Part shown: positions 60,001-64,000 of the stretch, one piece after another
How positions within the stretch are numbered: the stretch's first letter is position 1
Layout of the letters: every line of letters starts with the position of its first letter
NCBI GenBank assembly: GCA_050950825.1
Contig: JBMNIH010000004.1
Coordinates: 448,001-512,000 of the forward strand
Direction of reading: 5' to 3'
DNA: 64,000 bases
Source of the DNA: Clostridia bacterium
GTDB taxonomy: Bacteria > Bacillota > Clostridia > JAAYHZ01
Program-made: the position numbers and the translations under genes
Notes under the pieces: generated by a model
What the model was told of the DNA's origin: nothing
What the model saw: the letters and a program-made list of their open reading frames with translations, nothing else
Database searches by the model: none

Positions 60001-60088
60001 CGATCCTTCGAAAGGCTATATATATCGCTTCGGCGAAGGAGCAAAAGCGGAAATACCCCTGTATTGTGAAAGGGATTTTGAAGAATAG
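57038..60088 (+). CDS. Heparinase II/III-family polysaccharide lyase-like protein
   Basis: GHGHLD.MN, D.GYP and SHNTVMVD motifs; N-terminal CPVC/CPNC zinc ribbon. Confidence 0.8.
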   Translation: MHGGNYFNENKKSIIRSNIEKYAWAKELAAQTTEKADRMLKFGKRFWWTLPTPQELPRSSNPCQTNYGCPVCGEEILLKYGATGWIHLIEDNPWKTQCPNCKSIFPANDFKSYYESGLDERGIFRKELADKSFLVNTLYPDKGEDYFVDDGTGYTDANGIFWSFIPQYIHYAIWLDVHNIGGTDNGFITNGLKHLSEAWIYTGDLKYALYVLMILYKVSMVYPDMDLNLYMRLPGRPYRNSDGFSLQGKVVGSIWETFSARIFCYAADAVLPVLREYPQEVTSFFKDVYPTDPETIEKSILDGIVRQVYKEIKNARIAGNEGMHQSALAMAAVCMGLCDESREWLDFLFKPGKRILEQDPIMGLKGYFTGCNVFGVLENKVNGDGLGDECSLMYNRLWMVEFARLADILSAYPGIAGSKYDLKTHPVMKKMYKSYVPFVIDNDYIPKTGDTGKTGNPMKVFDGDNLQKFLWDGYRVTKDKGILDLFNISYPMAKEGTFGFIDIENPEEAARILQEAKDPKSPMHERSHNMTDYGNALLRQRVRHGCNVHMYYGRTMGHGHLDKMNFEIIAYGMNFSPDHGYPEYAENIPSRYEWTSNTVSHNTVMVDRAGQLNTKYAGIPLGYEDGKNIKFIDAEDVKAYEQVSMYRRTLCLVDITPDKAYIVDFFRVAGGSRHEISFHGGEGEVKIKGVRLIDQPSGTLKGEDVPYGEVKGFQKGGGRKRGDGYSFLYDVRKSEVPTDYVELTYELKDTWGMLTDKNAKPYLKVYMPGRKHRTVIAKGKPPTNKIGNPKFLYYYLGERKGNDLKSRFVSVYEPFLNEGFIRSAELSPVNNEKESFERGCVKITLLDGSVDYVIHSVDDVEMNINNIVTFQGRFGFLRVKDGKVKKAFMWRGSRLAYNGNTLLEMNKPFITGTVKDFQKEISDEHWVDLVLEKPIDSLEDVIGRYVYIDGNDVGNAVYEILGVEKTREPNTYRFNTAASPVRGYVDDCDPSKGYIYRFGEGAKAEIPLYCERDFEE

Positions 60089-60099
60089 ATTTTGAATTT

Positions 60100-60141
60100 A
60101 AAACGACGCTTGGTTTTTTATATTCTCAAGCGTCGTTTTTT
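60100..60141. terminator. Bidirectional terminator
   Basis: aaaacgacgcttg...caagcgtcgtttt. Confidence 0.8.
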
Positions 60142-60144
60142 CAT

Positions 60145-60627
60145 TTATACGAATTTTTTTTGGTAATAGAACCAATGAAGGTCATACATATAGGCTTCTC
60201 CAAGCCGTTTGTAGGATAAGGATTCATACAATCCGATGGCTTTGGGATTGGTTTTGCTGACCAAAAGATGAATGCCGTCAAACCCCCGTGTCGAAAGATC
60301 TTTTTCGATATAAAGTAAAAGCCTTTTGGCAAGCCCCTGTCCTTGGTATTCCCGGCGCACTCCTACACGGGACAATGCACAAGGACGATTGAGATTTCCG
60401 TATAGCGTATTCAGTTCGCTGTAATCTTCTTCATAATTGGCGGCGGCAACGGCCGTCAATTTTCCGTCGACATACAATCCGTACAAAGCGTTGTTTAGGA
60501 TGTCTTCCGTTACGTGCTCATCCGCCGGATACTCTTCGCTCCATGTACATCCCGGACTTCCGATCAAGGATCGGTAAATGGATAAAGCGATGTCTTTTTC
60601 TTCGATTGTTACCTTCCTTATTTCCAT
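60145..60627 (-). CDS. GNAT-family N-acetyltransferase
   Basis: VRREYQGQGLA and N.KA..LYE.L.Y motifs. Confidence 0.9.
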   Translation of the reverse strand: MEIRKVTIEEKDIALSIYRSLIGSPGCTWSEEYPADEHVTEDILNNALYGLYVDGKLTAVAAANYEEDYSELNTLYGNLNRPCALSRVGVRREYQGQGLAKRLLLYIEKDLSTRGFDGIHLLVSKTNPKAIGLYESLSYKRLGEAYMYDLHWFYYQKKFV

Positions 60628-60642
60628 ACACGCTCTCCTTCG

Positions 60643-61053
60643 TTAATGACGACGTCCCGTTTCATGGCACCAAAGGGCAATCTCTTTTATAAGGTCCAAG
60701 GGCAGCGGTTTTGTGTAGGGAAGCCGTATCGCTCCTTTGCTTGTTTTATACTCCGAAAGCCGCTCTTTAAAATGAAGGATCGCCTCGTCTCCGGGATAGA
60801 TGCCGATATGGTTTTTAAAAGCCGCGAAATGAATGATATTTCGTTTTTTCTTGTACGTAGGCATACGCCAAGAAATAATTTCATCTGCATCCGGCAGCAC
60901 TTCCTTAATGGCACTTCGCACTTGGTATAAAAAGGGCCGAATCTCTTCCGGCTGCTCTTGGATGTATTCATCCACGGTCACCGGTCCTTGGCCGCAAAAA
61001 TGATTTTGGTTTTCTTTAAGAAGCTTTCTCCCGCATTTCGGACATGTCCACAT
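60643..61053 (-). CDS. DUF1801 (YdhG-like) protein with N-terminal zinc ribbon
   Basis: MWTCPKCGR..NQNH.C; VDEYI, ISWRMPTY, FAAFKNHIGIYP and SKGAIR motifs. Confidence 0.85.
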   Translation of the reverse strand: MWTCPKCGRKLLKENQNHFCGQGPVTVDEYIQEQPEEIRPFLYQVRSAIKEVLPDADEIISWRMPTYKKKRNIIHFAAFKNHIGIYPGDEAILHFKERLSEYKTSKGAIRLPYTKPLPLDLIKEIALWCHETGRRH

Positions 61054-61065
61054 ATAAACCACCTG

Positions 61066-61350
61066 CTACCTTTCTTTTACGGTTACACGGACGATATCGC
61101 CCGGATTTTTGCCGATTTTGCCGCGTATATCCTTCCTTATACCGATGATATGACAAACGGTGCCGTCGGGGTTTTTCAGCCCCATATTGACGATGCTGCC
61201 GTCGTAAGGCTCTCCGTCAAAGGTCGCATGAACCTTTATGCGACCTTTTCCGAATTCCTTTTTGATGTCATAAGGAAACTCCACATAAGCTCCGTCCATA
61301 TCCGGAACCTTTTTTATAACCGCACCAAATCCATAGATTTTCGGATTCAT
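61066..61350 (-). CDS. DUF1905-domain protein
   Basis: GAYVEFPYD...GRIKV.ATFDG..Y.GS...IRGKIGK.PGD. Confidence 0.85.
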   Translation of the reverse strand: MNPKIYGFGAVIKKVPDMDGAYVEFPYDIKKEFGKGRIKVHATFDGEPYDGSIVNMGLKNPDGTVCHIIGIRKDIRGKIGKNPGDIVRVTVKER

Positions 61351-61491
61351 GCCGTTCTCCGTATAACGCATTTCATTCCTTACGTTTCTTTTTAATTCAT
61401 CATACCACAATTTTTCACGGACTTGCACCGTTTCTTTTTACGAAAACGATGGAAAACAAAAGAAATGGAAATATTCTACATCCTATGCGGT

Positions 61492-61520
61492 TGACTTATT
61501 CCGAATAACGGTTATACAAT
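61492..61520 (+). promoter_or_regulatory. SigA promoter
   Basis: TTGACT-17 nt-TACAAT. Confidence 0.65.
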
Positions 61521-61574
61521 ATATGTAATAAAAAAGAAAAAGAAGCCGTTAATAGTATACGAGGGGGACTTTTT

Positions 61575-64000
61575 GTGAGTATACATAATGAAATATATAA
61601 AGTCGGTATCGATATAGGATCGACTACCGTGAAAATTGTAGTTTTAAATCGTGAAAATAAACTCGTTTATTCTCAATACGAAAGACACTACTCCGATATC
61701 AAAGCCAAGCTTCGCGAGATTATCAAAAATACATGCAAGTTTTTTTGGAATGCATACGGAACGTTCATGATCACGGGTTCCGCAGGAATCGGCATATCGA
61801 AGATGCTGGGCATTTCCTTTACCCAAGAAGTGATCGCTTCCATGAAAGCCGTCAAAGCTTTTCATCCGAATACGGACGTAGCCATCGAGCTAGGGGGAGA
61901 AGACGCCAAAATCTCCTATTTCACCAACGGAACGGAACAAAGAATGAACGGAACCTGTGCCGGAGGGACCGGTTCCTTTATCGACCAAATGGCTACCCTT
62001 CTGAAAACGGATGCAAAAGGGTTAAACGAGCTTGCCAAAAGCGCAAAAGTCATCTATCCTATTGCCGCTCGCTGCGGCGTATTTGCCAAAACCGACGTGC
62101 AGCCTCTTTTGAATGAAGGAGTACCGAAAGAAGATATCGCCGCATCCGTGCTGCAGGCGGTCGTCATTCAAACCGTAAGCGGTCTGGCATGCGGCCGTCC
62201 CATTAGAGGAAACGTGGCTTTTTTGGGAGGACCTCTTGATTTTCTTCCGGAGCTTCGAAAAAGGTTTATTGAAACCTTGAACTTAAGGGACGATCAAGTC
62301 ATTATCCCCGAAAACTCTCGCCTTTTCATTGCCAAAGGAGCCGCCTTGGCGTCGGAGGGAGTAGAACCCATATCCTTTAATACCCTACTTGCCCGTTTGA
62401 ATGAACCGAAAAAGGTAAAAGAAGAAACCGCAAGGCTGGAGCCTCTATTCGTATCGGAGGAAGATTATGAAAAATTCAAGGAAAGGCATTCGAGAAGCAA
62501 AGTAGCAAGGAAGGATATTTCCTGCGCTTACGGAGACTGCTTTTTGGGTATTGACGCAGGATCCACCACCACGAAGCTGGCCTTGACCGATATAGATGGA
62601 AATCTTCTTTATACTTGGTACGGAAGCAACGAAGGAAGTCCTCTTATGTCTACCGTGAACGCTTTGAAGGATCTGTACAAAGCCTTGCCTTCCGGAGCCA
62701 AGATTGCAAATTCGGTTGTGACCGGATACGGGGAAGGATTGATTAAAGCCGCATTGAAAGCGGATATCGGTGAAATTGAAACCATCGCTCATGCCAAAGC
62801 GGCGGAATTCTTTTGTCCCGGAGTCGATTTCATATTGGATATCGGCGGTCAGGATATGAAGTGCATGAAATTAAAAAACGGTGTTATAGACAGCATTATG
62901 CTCAACGAGGCATGCTCTTCCGGCTGCGGGTCCTTTATCGATACTTTCGCTTCTTCCTTAGGCTTAAGTATAGAGGAATTTTCGAAGGAAGCCTTGTTTG
63001 CAAAAAGACCGGTGGACTTAGGTTCAAGATGCACGGTTTTTATGAATTCCAGGGTCAAGCAAGCCCAAAAGGAGGGAGCGACCGTCGGTGAGATTTCCGC
63101 AGGTTTATCCTATTCCGTAATCAAAAACGCTCTGTTTAAAGTTATAAAAGTGAAGGATCCGAAGGAATTAGGAGAAAAAATCGTGGTTCAAGGAGGAACC
63201 TTTTACAACGATGCGGTTTTACGAAGCTTTGAAATTTTATCCGGTCGAGAAGTGATACGACCGGAGATTTCCGGGATTATGGGCGCTTTCGGAGCGGCGC
63301 TGATTGCCGCGGAAAGATACGTACCGGGATACCAAACGAAGCTGCTTACGGCCGAAGAGCTGGGAAATTATACGTTCGAAAGCCGTGCCGAAAGATGCAA
63401 GGGCTGCGGAAACCGCTGTCTGCTTACCGTCAATCGCTTTTCCGACGGAACGAGATTCGTATCCGGAAACCGCTGTGAAAAAGGATCGGGAAGAACCGAG
63501 AAGAGTCCGGAGCTGCCGAATTTGTACAAGCTCAAATACCAAAGGCTGTTCCGCTATACCCCTTTGAAGGAATCGGAAGCCAAAAGAGGTACGGTAGGAA
63601 TTCCGCGCGTGCTGAACATGTATGAGGATTATCCCTTTTGGTTTACCTTGTTTACGGAATTAGGTTTTAGCGTAAAGCTTTCCGGTACGTCCTCCGATGC
63701 TCTGTATGAAAAGGGTATTGAAACGATGCCTTCGGAATCGGTATGTTATCCGGCCAAATTGGTTCACGGTCACATACAGGATCTGGTAGACAAAGGCGTC
63801 AAGCTCATATTCTACCCGTCCCTTGCCCATGAAAATTTGAAAACGGAGTACTCGGACAATACGTATAACTGCCCTATTGTGACTTCTTATCCGGAGGTCA
63901 TTAAGAACAACGTGGATGCTCTCCGAAAACAAGGCATTATGTTTTTAAATCCTTTTCTTCCTCTTGACGATGAAAAAAGGATGATAAAAAGAATTTTTGA
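61575..64000 (+). CDS. 2-hydroxyacyl-CoA dehydratase activator-related multidomain protein (two BcrAD/BadFG ATPase domains plus DUF2229), partial
   Basis: Missing from the ORF track because it has no stop in the window. GTG start; [49 protein letters not shown] and GIPRVLN motifs. Confidence 0.9.
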   Translation, partial: MSIHNEIYKVGIDIGSTTVKIVVLNRENKLVYSQYERHYSDIKAKLREIIKNTCKFFWNAYGTFMITGSAGIGISKMLGISFTQEVIASMKAVKAFHPNTDVAIELGGEDAKISYFTNGTEQRMNGTCAGGTGSFIDQMATLLKTDAKGLNELAKSAKVIYPIAARCGVFAKTDVQPLLNEGVPKEDIAASVLQAVVIQTVSGLACGRPIRGNVAFLGGPLDFLPELRKRFIETLNLRDDQVIIPENSRLFIAKGAALASEGVEPISFNTLLARLNEPKKVKEETARLEPLFVSEEDYEKFKERHSRSKVARKDISCAYGDCFLGIDAGSTTTKLALTDIDGNLLYTWYGSNEGSPLMSTVNALKDLYKALPSGAKIANSVVTGYGEGLIKAALKADIGEIETIAHAKAAEFFCPGVDFILDIGGQDMKCMKLKNGVIDSIMLNEACSSGCGSFIDTFASSLGLSIEEFSKEALFAKRPVDLGSRCTVFMNSRVKQAQKEGATVGEISAGLSYSVIKNALFKVIKVKDPKELGEKIVVQGGTFYNDAVLRSFEILSGREVIRPEISGIMGAFGAALIAAERYVPGYQTKLLTAEELGNYTFESRAERCKGCGNRCLLTVNRFSDGTRFVSGNRCEKGSGRTEKSPELPNLYKLKYQRLFRYTPLKESEAKRGTVGIPRVLNMYEDYPFWFTLFTELGFSVKLSGTSSDALYEKGIETMPSESVCYPAKLVHGHIQDLVDKGVKLIFYPSLAHENLKTEYSDNTYNCPIVTSYPEVIKNNVDALRKQGIMFLNPFLPLDDEKRMIKRIF

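Noticed and set aside
17394-63932. Many 60-225 aa ORFs antisense or out of frame within well-supported genes
   Set aside because: Shadow ORFs without RBS or recognisable motifs.

Overview
Chromosomal window from an anaerobic, low-GC Gram-positive bacterium (Clostridia-like, inferred from SLH domains, AbrB, SAM-I riboswitch, Rex boxes and an Hnd-type [FeFe]-hydrogenase operon). Positions ~4.2-13.4 kb are a decayed island at tRNA-Ser(CGA), holding an integrase relic, three adjacent IS elements, a 5'-truncated Ig-repeat SLH protein, and agrB, hsp20 and porB scraps plus a second half-tRNA. The rest is mostly housekeeping and catabolic genes: tex, aroE-aroK, acyl-CoA synthetase, purL, an unknown-sugar operon, abrB, a DUF1854 ABC pair, pepV, tRNA-Val, SAM-I/metK, the hydrogenase cluster, anSME/sulfatase/heparinase-like genes and asnS. 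The most striking observation is a single ORF fusing a TadA-like adenosine deaminase to an AAG/MPG hypoxanthine-DNA glycosylase. Other oddities are a PurL lacking its glutaminase Cys, a catalytically degenerate AroE domain, a candidate anti-SD sRNA, a candidate attenuator, and two ~180-nt rod-like hairpins inside unrelated IS elements. All calls come from motif recognition by eye; no database searches were run.
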